DNA of 64,000 nt from Macrostomum lignano. Taxonomy: Eukaryota. Below, one piece after another: positions 1-17,600 of the stretch (its first letter is position 1; every line of letters starts with the position of its first letter). Below the pieces are notes generated by a model. That model was not told the DNA's origin. It saw nothing but the letters and a program-made list of their open reading frames with translations, and did no database searches. The position numbers and the translations under genes were made by a program. The DNA lies in assembly GCA_002269645.1 (NCBI GenBank), contig NIVC01003405.1, positions 1-64,000 of the forward strand, in the 5' to 3' direction.

Positions 1-717
1 CAGTATATGCAAAACCAGTAGCCAGGGCAAAGTTTATAAAATTTGGCTAATTTTCAAATTCAATTTAGCTCTCGCTACTTTTTTTAAAATTAAGTTATAT
101 TCTCGTAATACCGGAAATATTTAGAAATTGTGGACTTTGATAATGTACGAGTACCCGATTCAATTGATCAAATATTGATAATGTAATGAATTCTTGAAGA
201 GACTGAAAACAATGTGATAAAGTCTACATGAGACTGAATAACAATGTGATAAGTCTACATGAGACTGAATACCAAAACTTTAAAATGACTCAACAACAGC
301 CACAAATAATTTCAATCGTGCGTAACGTTGAGGCAGTTGGTAGATGAAAAATAGCTGTGATGTATTTATTTGATATAATCTGCAATCAAGCATCATTTCT
401 TCATAGAAGTAAGAGTCATCAAACGAGCTGTAGAAATTGAAAGAGTAGAGCTGGTAGATTTGCATTGGTTAAATGACATTTCGTACACTTGGATTGGATG
501 CGCCATTGCGACAAAGCTTAATTCAAAAGACGAATAAAAAAATCTTATCAGATTGACAACCAAAGCACATGGCGATGCATCAGCAGATTGGGTTTTGCCT
601 TCTTCTACTTAAAAAGTGCGTGCCCTATCTCTTCAAGGTAAATTTCAGTACCATAGAAATCTAAGTCCAAGATTTCGGCATCCACCGCTAAAATGAAGCA
701 CACGGGATGTCGGGTTT

Positions 718-3191
<2,474 letters not shown>

Positions 3192-4409
3192 CTGTAGTCA
3201 GTCAGCGGCACAAAATGCTCTAAATATTTTAGGTTGTCAGACAGACAGAGCTGGGAAGCTGTTGTACACACGTGGGCTGGAGCTCAGATAGAAACAGTCA
3301 AGTCTCATCCAACTACAAGCTCAGAGCTGCGTCCAGCTCTGTCTTTCCTGCTTTTCCGTCCTGACCAACCGCGAGAACTGGCTTGCTGGCTTGTGGGGAG
3401 GGGCTGAGCAATGCTCTGCTGTACACGGGTGTCTCCTAGCAACCGGCACAAGAGGGCAGGGGCAGGAGTAGGAAGTCGCAAAGAATAGGTTACAAGAGGA
3501 AACTTTCCTAGAAAGAGGACAGGGAAAGGCGAGGAGGAGAGGCTGGGTAAATGATGTAGAATGTTAGAGCAGGTGAGAGTGAGGCCCGGCTTTGAAAGCG
3601 GATACTCAAATCCAGAATTGGCATCCAGCTACTCACAATGGCCAGCGATTCCAATCTGGTTTGAATTCAAAACCCAATCACCAAGCTGGGGTTGCTCTTT
3701 CCCGGTGGATTGCTGGCGGAGAGTTGCCCTTCAGTTGGTTGGATAGCTTTATGCTGGGCGAGTTGCAGAACTGCTTCTGCAGTTTTCCCCTCTGTGCTTT
3801 TGTTGCTAGGCAACGGTTGAGGATCGAATGAATGATGAGGCTATCCGGCACGTATACTACAAATTTGTCCCTTTGATGATTTTTTAAGCTTCAGATGAAG
3901 TTGGTTTGATTATTTTTCTTAAATACGAAATTTCTGAGCACTAAGTTCTGAGCAGCAACTGAAAAAAGCCTCTTATACCTTCCACCAGTTAATGTGCGTG
4001 CCTTACTACTTCTAAGTAATCTCGTAGAAATCATTTTTTGGTAAAAATTGACATTGAAAACCTAACAGAATCGAATAATTTGAAACCATATTGAGGTCCA
4101 GTAGGTCATATATTTATTATATTTGGGAATGCTTTTATGTACCTCAGTACACGTTAATATAAACAAAAATTCCTCGCTCTTTACATCCCGGATGAGAAGG
4201 GTGTCTGTGTAAAACGCTACTTGGAATGCTCATTTATAAAAAGGTGAAAAGTTCAAATTTCTTCCTAACTGTGCGAAGTTTGGAATGTAACAAAAGGGGG
4301 ATTTTACAGTCGATCTTACCAAGGGATTTGAATGTAGTTAAATGTTAAGAAATTTTATGACATATTTAAAAAAATTAATGATTCATTTAACTCTCAAATA
4401 TCGTCCATC

Positions 4410-5190
4410 TCGATCCGCTCTCTACCTCTCCCTGCCACCCACCTCCCTCCGCTTTCTACCCCCGCTACCCCCACCTCCTTCCGCTTCCTACCCCTCACTG
4501 CCACCCACCTCCCTTCGCTCTCTAGCCCTCACTGCCACCCACCTCCCTCCGCTTAGAGCCCCTCACTGCTACTCACCTCCCCTCCCCTCCGCTCTCTACT
4601 CCTCACTGCCACCCACCTCCCTCCGCTTAGAGCCCCTCACTGCTACTCACCTCCCCTCCGCTCTCTACTCCTCACTGCCACCCACCTCCCTCCGCTTAGA
4701 GCCCCTCACTGCTACTCACCTCCCCTCCGCTCTCTACTCCTCACTGCCACCCACCTCCCTTCGCTCTCTAGCCCTCACTGCCACCCACCTCCCTTCGCTC
4801 TCTAGCCCTCACTGCCACCCACCTCCCTTCGCTCTCTAGCCCTCACTGCCACCCACCTCCCTTCGCTCTCTAGCCCTCACTGCCACCCACCTCCCTCCGC
4901 TTAGAGCCCCTCACTGCTACTCACCTCCCCTCCCCTCCGCTCTCTACTCCTCACTGCCACCCACCTCCCTCCGCTTAGAGCACCTCACTGCTACTCACCT
5001 CCCCTCCGCTCTCTAGCCCTCACTGCCACCCACCTCCCTCCGCTCTCTATTCCTCACTGCCACCCGACTCCCTTCTCTCTCTAGCACTCACTGCCACCCA
5101 CCTCACTCCGCTCCCTACCCCTCACTGTCACCCACCTCACTCCGCTCCCTACCCCTCACTAACCCACCTCCCTCCGCTCCCTACCCAACC
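4410..5190 (+). repeat. C/T-rich minisatellite (core CCCTCACTGCCACCCACCTCCCTCCGCTCTCTA, ~33-35 bp variants)
   Basis: Direct reading; starts just downstream of the stop codon of the gene ending at 5204. Confidence 0.9.
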
Positions 5191-5203
5191 GCCCCCTCAG
5201 AGG

Positions 5204-6880
<1,677 letters not shown>

Positions 6881-7344
6881 TCGGAGTTCGATCTCTGCGA
6901 CCGGCGCTCAGTAGGATAGTACGAGTAGCCGACTCAAATAAGCGACACTTTACACCGATTTACTCGAAGCGCTGAGCGCTTCGCTTTGCTCCTAGTAATG
7001 CTGTGTAATCTACGAGCTAGTATGTTGGCTGAGGTCTTATGGGCGGATCCCACCGCTTTTCTATCCCGGTTTCCTCTCTCACCCAGAGGCTCCCGGAGGA
7101 GTGTACAACGATGTACACTGGAACTGCAGTTCTCTCTCCTCTCTTGCCCTCTCCATGCGCTGCCTGCCCTCATTTGACTGCCCCCAAGAAATAGTCAGCA
7201 ATACTGTAGGTTATAAATGTAAGCCTTCAGAAGCTCATTCTGCGCATTTTAAGCTCTTGTTTCAAAGCTGGATTTGAATGCAGCATGCAAGCTTTCAGTT
7301 AGTTTTTCTTGAAACTTGTTGACTATCAGGAAGTTTGAGAATTT

Positions 7345-7900
7345 AGAGATGAGATTGAGGATCTGGGCGTGAGATTGAGGATCTGAGGGTGAGATTGAGG
7401 ATCTGAGGGTGAGATTGAGGATCTGAGGGTGAGATTGAGGAGCTGGGGTGAGATTGAGGATCTGGGGTGAGGTTGAGGATCAGGGGTGAGATTGAGGATC
7501 TGGGGGTGAGATTGAGGATCTGGGGTTGAGATTGAGGATCTGGGGTGAGATTGAGGATCTGGGGGTGAGATTGAGGATCTGGGGTGAGATTGAGGATCTG
7601 GGCATGAAATTGAGGACCTGGGGGTGAGATTGAGGATCTGGGGGTGAGATTGAGGATCTGTGGGTGAGATTGAGGATCCGGGGGTGAGATTGAGAATCTG
7701 GGGTGAGATTGAGGAGCTGGGGGTGAGATTGAGGATCTGGGGGTGAGATTGAGGATCCGGGGGTGAGATTGAGAATCTGGGGGTGAGATTGAGGATCTTG
7801 GGTGAGATTGAGGATCTGTGGGTGAGATTGAGGATCCGGGGTGAGATTGAGGATATGGGGGTGAGATTGGGAATCTGGGAGGTGAGATTTAGGATCGAAA
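7345..7900 (+). repeat. 20-21 bp minisatellite GGGTGAGATTGAGGATCTG(G)
   Basis: Direct reading, roughly 25 copies. Confidence 0.95.
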
Positions 7901-8480
7901 GAGAGATAGAGGATTTGAGATTTTGAGGATTTGAGATGGAGCTTGGAGATCTGTAAAGGCGATAGGAAATCGAGAAACATCCAGGTGCCAAGAGTGAGGA
8001 TTGCCAATACCTTAATTGGTGTAAAACTTTGCTCAGCAACCAATTCATCAAGTTTATCCGTAGCCGGCACACATTTCTAGCAGAGGTTAAAAAATCCGAC
8101 TTTGAGTAATATAATATATATTTTGAAGGCCCGGCAGGCACAGAGAGTCAGAGAAGTTTTCCTGTGCCGAGAAGACGCGCTTTTGTCGCAAGCAAAGTCA
8201 AATAAAATCTTCGCGCAGAGAGAAAAAAACAGTGAATTGCAGGTAAAATCTCGCTTTGGAGCAAAGGATTTGCGGGCATCGGCGGCAACTCACAGCTGCT
8301 CAGCTTCTGAGCTCGGGTTGATGAAGGAAAAATTGACTTCCTATAATATCGAGTTCCTAGGCTCGCATAAATTTGGATCTTTAATGTCTTCTACAATTCC
8401 CTAAGCCCTAAGAGGAAGTGAAAAAAAGTTCGAATGATTTGAGCACACTAGCTAACAGTGCAGAGTTGCTCTGAGCAGTC

Positions 8481-9098
8481 TCAGCCCCGCTTCACGAACA
8501 TCATGTGCCCGTTCTCCTCGCCAGCGGCCACGTAGCCCTCCGACCGAGGGTCGCAGCAGGGGCAGCAGGGCTCGAAGCCGAGGTCCATGGGCTTCTGTGT
8601 GTAGTCGGAGTTGTACGTGGTGTCCAGGTTCATGGGGCCCATCGGCCGGAGGTAGCCGGCCGGCTTCGTGCACGGGCGCTGCTCGGGGAGCACCTTCTCG
8701 CGGAACTCGCCATTGTAGGTGGTCTCCAGCAGCATGTCGCCCATGGGCCTGTAGTTGTTGGGCTTCTTACAGCAGGGCGGTGGCTCAGTCGGCTTGCTGG
8801 TGAAGTCCGCGTTGTACGTGGTGGAGCCCTCCATGGGCGCGGCGGGCCGGTTGTACTGGTTGTTCTGCTTGCGGCAGGGCGGTGCCTCCTGCAGCTTGGG
8901 CTGGTACTCCGAGTTGTAGGTGGTGGTGGTCTCCATGGGACCCATGGGCACGTACGGCTTGGTCTTCTTCTTGCAGCCGCAGCGCCTGCAGTGCGCCTCG
9001 GCGGCCTTCTTGAGAGTCTCCTCACCCGGCTCGTATTTGCATTTGTGCAGCTTCTCTGAGCAGGTGCAGATCTGGCAGATGCACTTCTTCTCGGCCAT
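8481..9098 (-). CDS. SAXO: Stabiliser of axonemal microtubules (SAXO/FAM154 family), 205 aa, intronless
   Basis: N-terminal CICQICTC...HKC, four Mn-type repeats (TTTYNSEY, STTYNADF, ETTYNGEF, DTTYNSDY) and C-terminal GYVAAGEENGHMMF, all typical of the family. Confidence 0.88.
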   Translation of the reverse strand: MAEKKCICQICTCSEKLHKCKYEPGEETLKKAAEAHCRRCGCKKKTKPYVPMGPMETTTTYNSEYQPKLQEAPPCRKQNNQYNRPAAPMEGSTTYNADFTSKPTEPPPCCKKPNNYRPMGDMLLETTYNGEFREKVLPEQRPCTKPAGYLRPMGPMNLDTTYNSDYTQKPMDLGFEPCCPCCDPRSEGYVAAGEENGHMMFVKRG

Positions 9099-9739
9099 GC
9101 TGAGTTGCTTAGTAGCTATAAACTAAACTGATAAAATAATTACTGGCAGTGCTAGCGGTCTGCTCTCTCTGCTGCTTCAGTTCGTCCCGCGGGCAAGCAC
9201 AGACTATCAAAGCGCTGCCTGAGTGCGTGTGGTACAGGAGAGTTCGCGGCTAATTCAAGTGAGCAAAGCGATATGGACTGCCACGAGGCGGCTTCGTAAA
9301 CTGCCATAGACTAAAGTAGGGATTCTTAGTTCGCAAGAATATTAGTTTCAATACTTACGTATTACTCGTACCACATGTACTATATATACAAATGCGCTTG
9401 TCTGCTCCTATCTCAGTAGTAGAGTTAGAGTTTTTTGTCTTTGTTGTCTCAATATAAAAAAATTATAAATTCTTAGGATATTTGAAGCTGCAAAAATCGC
9501 CTTTGACTTTTAACAAGCAGACACAATAGATGATGCTTTTATCCTTAGAGCCCTCTCATTGGCTGAGCTACTTGTACATTGTACGGCCCGTACCTGCCTA
9601 TTGAGCTGAGTCTTGTCCGTCTTGCGTTCAATTGTGTACATCGATTTAAATTATTGCTCATTCTTAATCGCCTAAGCTCATGAGGACACAAATCCAGAGG
9701 ATATTATTCTTAGGGACGGAGATCGAAGATTTGGAAGAG

Positions 9740-10190
9740 ATTGAGATTGAGAGATTGAGTGAGATTGAGAATATAGGGGTGACATTGAGGATTTGGGGGT
9801 GAGATTGGGAATCTGGGGGTTAGATTGGGGATCTGGGCCTGGGGTGAGATTAAGGATCTGGGTGAGATTGGGGATCTGGGGTGAGATTGGGATCTGGAGT
9901 GAGATTTGAGATCTGAGCGAGATTAGGGATCTGGGATGAGATTGGGATTCTGTGGGTGAGATTGGGGATCTGGGTAAGATTAGGGATCTGGGGTGAGATT
10001 AGGGTCTGGGGTGAGATTGAGGATCTGGGGGTGAGATTTAGGATATGGGGTGAGATTGAGGATCTGAGGTTGAGATTGAGGATCTGGGAGTGAGATTAAG
10101 GATCTGGGAGTGATTTAGTTATTCAGGCTTGGAATTAAGATTAAATATATAAGGGAGTGAGATTAGGAATCCAAAAGGGAAATTGTGATC
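9740..10190 (+). repeat. Degenerate 20-21 bp minisatellite, same family and orientation as 7345-7900
   Basis: GGGGTGAGATT(G/A)GGGATCTG units read directly. Confidence 0.9.
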
Positions 10191-10876
10191 TGGGAGTAAG
10201 AGTGAAAATGAAGGAATCGATGATTGAAGCCTACTAACAGTAGCAAGAAAAGAATTTGAAACGCAAACTAAAAATGTCGAACGCAAGTCAACATACTCAA
10301 AGCTTGAAGCATTTTTTTAAGTTAAACGGCGAGGCAAAAAGCAAAATAATACTTGCTTATAATATATTGGTGAATAATAAGCCAAGGAATACATATTTTA
10401 CATAAAATTATACGGCTATTAAATAGCCAAAATCCTTATGCTTAAAGAGACATGTTTAAAAGACGCACAAACAACAACAACAACAACAACAATAATAACA
10501 CGGAGGGCAAAGCCTACAAATCTATTGTTAGCAGCAAGCAATGATTTCGCGCAGTAATAAGTCATAAGTTGGCAATTTTAATAAGTATTTTATAGCATAC
10601 AGACATTCTCGTAGTTTATCGGGATGCTTTTACCGGCGTTAATTGGTTGCAGAGAGTTTCATGGCGCGTTTATAGCGTAGCTGATGATAATGAAAAAAAT
10701 TTGCTTGCTTACAAAACCGTGAAAAACGTTGCACATACAGGAGCAAATATGAATAGAGGCCATACATACCGTGGTTAACTTTAGGCCTTATAACGGGAAG
10801 TTGACTAAGCACAGGGAGAATATAGATAATTTTTTGTTAGTAACGAGATTCCAACAATCCCCCGATGAGAGCGGTA

Positions 10877-11170
10877 CCCAGGCCAACAAGCGGTAACGCA
10901 GATAAAATAAGTTGCATCTAAAGCGCATCTGCCCCACATCAATGAATTTATAACAACTCTATTTAGTCTACTTGAGTCAGTAGACAGTTAAGCGCTAACA
11001 AAACGACTCTTAAACGAATTTTCAGCCGCCGCTCTGTCTCATCAAAGTTGTTTGACTTGTTAAAGAGTTATCAGAGTTGTTTGCAATGACTTAGTTTAGC
11101 AAAAAAGCAATGCAGTTTGACAAGTGGAAGGAAAAACTATATTGCCCGCGAAAGCATGCAGCGAATGTAT
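10877..11170 (+). mobile_element. Dispersed repeat family starting CCCAGGCCAA (other copies at 14043, 25731 and ~30300-30540); probable non-autonomous DNA transposon fragment
   Basis: Shared CCCAGGCCAA(C/G)AAGCG start and CTA(T/AC)T(T/)AG(T/C)CTAC(T)TGA(G/A)T(C/T)AGTAGA...AAGCGC block among copies. No matching right terminus found. Confidence 0.55.
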
Positions 11171-11203
11171 TTACAAAAGCCTCAATGCCATCATTAAGCA
11201 TCA

Positions 11204-11648
11204 TTAGGCATCAGCCTGGCCACCAGCTGTCTGTCCGGTCTGACTAGTCTCCAATCCAGCTTCTCGGCGACCGCCTCCACAGCTGGCGACAAGACGAAGA
11301 AAATCATCAATTCGGCCATTTTTAATTTCGTCAAGTTCATTCTTTAGCAAATTCCTGCCTTCGAGTAGGCCGATAAATATCTGGTCCAGCGACGCCTGGT
11401 AGAGAGCATAGGACTCGACCAGCCCGCGGTTCTTCAGCTCTTCCAAAGCCTCACTCAAGGCGTTCTCGCCATCCTTCAGTTCAACTTCGAAGCGGCACCA
11501 GGCGTGAAAGTCTTCCACTTTTCTGTAGTTTTTAAAGCATTTCTTTAATAGATCGGAAATTTCGTCTGGGCTGCTGTCACCACTGCCGGATGCTGGGCCA
11601 GCCTGGTCGCGCTTCATCTGCACATCCAGAGTGTAGTTCTTGCCGTAC
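11204..11648 (-). CDS. ABCA: ABCA last exon (R2 domain)
   Basis: AAG|G TAC GGC gives RYGKNYTLDVQMK...YALYQASLDQIF, stop 11204. Confidence 0.88.
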
Positions 11649-14600
11649 CTTCAATGCGGGTTGGTGGGCCTTCTGAGTAGAGTGAGTATACAGAAAGGAC
11701 AACAATTAGATAGCGACTGTCTAATGATGAGGGAGATTAGGGAGCTTGACTGTCTATGATGAGGGAGATTAGGGAGCTTGACTTTCTAATGATGAGGGAG
11801 ATTAGGAAGCTTGACTGCCTAGTGATGAGGGAAATTAGACAGCTTGACTGTCTAGTGATGAGGGAGATTAGGTAGCGACTGTCTAATGATGAGGGAGATT
11901 AGGGAGCTTGACTGTCTAATGATGAGGGAGATTAGGGAGCTTGACTGTCTAATGATGAGGGAGATTAGACAGCTACTGTCTAATGATGAGGGAGATTAGA
12001 CAGCTACTGTCTAATGATGAGGGAGATTAGGGAGCTTGACTGTCTAATGATGAGGGAGATTAGACAGCTACTGTCTAATGATGAGGGAGATTAGGGAGCT
12101 TGACTGTCTAATGATGAGGGAGATTAGACAGCTACTGTCTAATGATGAGGGAGATTAGACAGCTTGACTGTCTAGTGATGAGGGAGATTAGGTAGCGACT
12201 GTCTAATGATGAGGGAGATTAGGGAGCTTGACTGTCTAATGATGAGGGAGATTAGGGAGCTTGACTGTCTAATGATGAGGGAGATTAGACAGCTACTGTC
12301 TAATGATGAGGGAAATTAGACAGCTTGACTGTCTAATGATGAGGGAGATTAGGTAGCGACTGTCTAATGATGAGGGAGATTAGGGAGCTTGACTGTCTAA
12401 TGATGAGGGAGATTAGGTAGCGACTGTCTAATGATGAGGGAGATTAGGGAGCTTGACTGTCTAATGATGAGGGAGATTAGGGAGCTTGACTGTCTAATGA
12501 TGAGGGAGATTAGGGAGCTTGACTGTCTAATGATGAGGGAGATTAGACAGCTACTGTCTAATGATGAGGGAGATTAGGGAGCTTGACTGTCTAATGATGA
12601 GGGAGATTAGGGAGCTTGACTGTCTAATGATGAGGGAGATTAGGGAGCTTGACTGTCTAATGATGAGGGAGATTAGACAGCTACTGTCTAATGATGAGGG
12701 AGATTAGGGAGCTTGACTGTCTAGTGATGAGGGAGATTAGGGAGCTTGACTGTCTAATGATGAGGGAGATTAGGGAGCTTGACTGTCTAATGATGAGGGA
12801 GATTAGGGAGCTTGACTGTCTAATGATGAGGGAGATTAGGGAGCTTGACTGTCTAATGATGAGGGAGATTAGACAGCTACTGTCTAATGATGAGGGAGAT
12901 TAGACAGCTTGACTGTCTAGTGATGAGGGAGATTAGGGAGCTTGACTGTCTAATGATGAGGGAGATTAGGGAGCTTGACTGTCTAATGATGAGGGAGATT
13001 AGGGAGCTTGACTGTCTAATGATGAGGGAGATTAGGGAGCTTGACTGTCTAGTGATGAGGGAGATTAGGGAGCTTGACTGTCTAATGATGAGGGAGATTA
13101 GACAGCTACTGTCTAATGATGAGGGATATTAGAGAGCTTGACTGTCTAATGACGAGGGAGATTAGGCAGCTTGACGGTCTAATGATGGGGGAGATTAGGC
13201 AGCATTAGGTAATCCATTGTTTAGAAAGAAAATTAATGAGGAAGCGATTATGTGGGGAGCAGTTTGTCAATTTAAGCAGCAACATCCCGCAGATTTCTCT
13301 AGAAAATTACCTATCCTTCAGTTCCTGATTGGAGCCCAGAGCCAGCAGCCGGCCGCCGTGCATGATGCCAACTTGGGAGCACAGGGCCTCCGCCTCCTCC
13401 ATGCTGTGAGTGGTGAGCACAACGGCCCGGCAACTGCCGGCCGCGGCCCGCACTGCCTTCCATATCGACCGCTTGTTCTCGGGATCCACACCAGTGGAGG
13501 CCTCGTCAATGACCAGCACAGACGGGTTGCCGAGCAGAGCGATGGCCAGACACAGCCGCCTGCGGTTGCCGCCAGACAGGCCGCTAGCCGACAAGTGCAG
13601 GTACTTAGCGAGGCCCATAGCCTCCGCTAGAGCCTTTGACTGCTGACTGATTGACTCGGACGGCAGGCCGCGAACTCTGGCATAGAATTGCAGGTGCTCC
13701 AGCACGGTGATCGTGGGTAGCAGCGGCGAGTACTGCGGGCAGTAGCCGATCTTGCCCAGCCGGGCCGCCTCACGGCCCGAGGAGCCGTCCACCAGGCAGC
13801 GGCCTTGGCTGGCCGAGCGCTCGCCGACCAGCACCGACAGAGTTGTCGATTTGCCGGCGCCGTTCGGGCCGAGGAGGCCGAAAATCTGGCCGGCCCTGGC
13901 GCCAAAGGTGACGTCATTGACAGCGCGGCTGGGGGCGCCGGGATAGCGCTTGGCCAGGCTGAGCACCTGCGGTGTGAGAGACAGTGTAGAGTGTTTAACA
14001 ATGTGCTGAACTGTCTACTGTAAGTAACCCGATGAAATCCGACCCAGGCCAAGAAGCGTACCAGAGTCACTTGTGTCTCCCGAGAGTCGTTTTAGAATCG
14101 TTGCAGGTAACACAGCTAAAATAACATTCCTAGAACCGGGACCTCGGGTTCTTAAAATCAGGACCTAAGGATCCCGGATTCCTAGAATCGGGACCTCGGG
14201 ATCTCGGGTTCTTAAAATCAGGACCTAAGGATCCCGGATTCCTAGAATCGGGACCTCGGGATCTCGGGTTCTTAAAATCAGGACCTAAGGATCCCGGATT
14301 CCTAGAATCGGGACCTCGGGATCCCGGGTTCTTAAAATCAAGACCTAAGAATCCCGGATTCCTAGAATCGGGACCTCGGGTTCTTAAAATCAGGACCTAA
14401 GGATCCCGGATTCCTAGAATCGGGACCTCGGGACCCCGGGTTCTTAAAATCAGGACCTAAGGACCCTGGATTCCTAGAATCGGGACCCCGGGTTCTTAAA
14501 ATCAGGACCTAAGGATCCCGGATTCCTAGAATCGGGACCTCGGGATCTCGGGTTCTTAAAATCAGGACCTAAGGATCCCGGATTCCTAGAATCGGGACCT

Positions 14601-17600
14601 CGGGTTCTTAAAATCAGGACCTAAGGATCCCGGATTCCTAGAATCGGGACCTCGGGTTCTTAAAATCAGGACCTAAGGATCCCGGATTCCTAGAATCGGG
14701 ACCTCGGGTTCTTAAAATCAGGACCTAAGGATCCCGGATTCCTAGAATCGGGACCTCGGGACCCCGGGTTCTTAAAATCAGGACCTAAGGACCCTGGATT
14801 CCTAGAATCGGGACCCCGGGTTCTTAAAATCAGGACCTAAGGATCCCGGATTCCTAGAATCGGGACCTCGGGATCTCGGGTTCTTAAAATCAGGACCTAA
14901 GGATCCCAGATTCCTAGAACCGGGACCTCGGGATCTCGGGTTCTTAAAATCAGGACCTAAGGATCCCGGATTCCTAGAATCGGGACCTCGGGTTCTTAAA
15001 ATCAGGACCTAAGGATCCCGGATTCCTAGAATCGGGACCTCGGGTTCTTAAAATCAGGACCTAAGGATCCCGGATTCCTAGAATCGGGACCTCGGGATCT
15101 CGGGTTCTTAAAATCAGGACCTCAGGATCCCGGATTCCTAGAATCGGGACCTCGGGATCCCAAATTTCTAAAAATGGGATCTCGGAATCCCGGATCGCTA
15201 GAATCATGACATTTTACGACGTGACTGTACAAGTCGCAAAAAATCGTCAAAGAGTCGCTTAAGAATCACTTTGAAGCCATTTTTCACTACCCTGAGACGT
15301 GCTAGAGTCGCTGTAGTCTGAGTTGCGTTTTGAAGTGCTCTAACTAGCCTACTGAGTCAGTAGAATGCTCAGCGCCAACACAACGAGATTCTAGGAAGTT
15401 CTCAGAAGAGTCGCTAGAGTCACCAGTAGACATTTAGACTCACCTGCACCGAATCATTTTGTGCAGCCTTATCCGCCTCGTCTACAGTCGAGCCGCTTCT
15501 GCAAGTAACCGGCGGCTTCTTCAGCAGGCGATCGCGCTCCTTTTGGACGCCGATGTCCTCGTCGGCAGCGGCCGCCGGCTCTGCCTCCGTGCCGCCTCTG
15601 GCAGTGGATGCCAACTTGACTAGCTCTGCCTCGTGACTGTCTACTTGAACTTCTACAACTCGGCTTGAAGCTGCGGGCGCCGGGACACAAACTACTGTAT
15701 GATAAGCTTACTATGGAATCATTAAAATAGATAACTAAAATAAGAGTTAGGGATAAAACCCAGGGATTAGCGTAATTAACATCAATGATTGTTACTATTT
15801 GCTTTCTTATGTTTTATATTTCTGTCTACGTGCTGAAGTACTGCAGCAAGTAAAAGTACTTAATTTAGCAGACAGGCGTGAGACAACGTTTTGTCTTCAC
15901 ACAAATAAATCTGAATTCGGGGCCTCTTCTGGCAGCATGGCGTGTATTGGATCTGCGATCACCTTGCAAAATTCAACATGCAAGGATGTTTCTGGAATCG
16001 TTACTTTAGTATCAGGATACCTAGAATCGGGACTACGGGATCCATGATTCCTAGAATCGGGACTACGGGATCCATGATTCCTAGAATCGGGACTACGGGA
16101 TCCATGATTCCTAGAATCGGGACTACGGGATCCATGATTCCTAGAATCGGGACTACGGGATCCATGATTCCTAGAATCGGACTACGGGATCCATGATTCC
16201 TAGAATCGGGACTACGGGATCCATGATTCCTAGAATCGGGACTACGGGATCCATGATTCCTAGAATCGGGACTACGGGATCCATGATTCCTAGAATCGGG
16301 ACCTCTGGGATCCAGGATCGCTAGAATCGGTACCTCAGGATCTCGGATTCCTATGATCGGGATCCAGGATTCCTATTATCGGGATCTCAGGAACCAGGAT
16401 TCCTAGAATCGGGACCTCGGGATCCAGGATCGCTAGAATCGGTACCTCAGGACCAAAGATTCCTAGAATCGGGACCTCGGGATCCAGGATCGCTAGAATC
16501 GGTACCTCAGGATCTCGGATTCCTAGAATCGGGACCTCGGGATCCAGGATCGCTAGAATCGGTACCTCAGGACCAAAGATTCCTAGAATCGGGACCTCGG
16601 GATCCAGGATCGCTAGAATCGGTACCTCAGGATCTCGGATTCCTAGAATCGGGACCTCGGGATCCAGGATCGCTAGAATCGGTACCTCAGGATCTCGGAT
16701 TCCTAGAATCGGTACCTCGGGATCCAGGATCGCTAGAATCGGTACCTCAGGATCTCGGATTCCTAGAATCGGGACCTCGGATCCAGGATCGCTAGAATCG
16801 GTACCTCAGGATCTCGGATTCCTAGAATCGGGACCTCGGGATCCAGGATCGCTAGAATCGGTACCTCAGGATCTCGGATTCCTAGAATCGGTACCTCGGG
16901 ATCCAGGATCGCTAGAATCGGTACCTCAGGATCTCGGATTCCTAGAATCGGGACCTCGGGATCCAGGATCGCTAGAATCGGTACCTCAGGATCTCGGATT
17001 CCTAGAATCGGGAATTCGGGATCCCGGATTGTTTGAATCGATACCTCAATGTCAGGACAGCATTTGAGTCGAATTAATCAAATAAGCCCATAGATGTTGG
17101 GACAAACGTAGCGGAGATGAGCAGCAAACTCACGCATTATAGGCACATGATCGGCCTCATCGCGAATTCTACTCGAGCTCGGCAGCCAGCGATCGCATCG
17201 GCACCTACGTACAGCTGCCGACATCAGGGTGCCGAGGCCGAATTCCCTGACAGCCAGCAGGCCGCAGAGCAGCAGGGCATGGATGGGCACGCAGACCAGG
17301 CACAGCACCAGCAGCGGATGGCTGAAGTAGATGCCGGACAAACTTGGCACTCTGTCAAGCTGCGTGGTGCCGTAAAACTCGGCGGCATTGCTAGCCAGAT
17401 TGCTAGCGTAGAACGGCAGGCCAATCACAGCGTAGGGCGGCCACAGTGCGGCCAGGCAGAGGCCGATGTAGTTGCTAAGGTTCACCAATAGCGGAGACAG
17501 GCCGCAGGCGAAGCACACAACAAACAGCAGGCCAGTGGCGATGGCGTTGGCCCGGCGAACCCAGGTGGAGGCCGCGTACACAACCAGCTGATTGACAGGC

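Noticed and set aside
9351-9362. U1 snRNA start (ATACTTAC)
   Set aside because: It continues GTATT rather than CTG, and no U1 stem-loops follow.
11712-13205. CRISPR-like appearance of palindromic ~33-bp repeats
   Set aside because: There are no unique spacers or cas genes, the context is eukaryotic, and the units are directly tandem.
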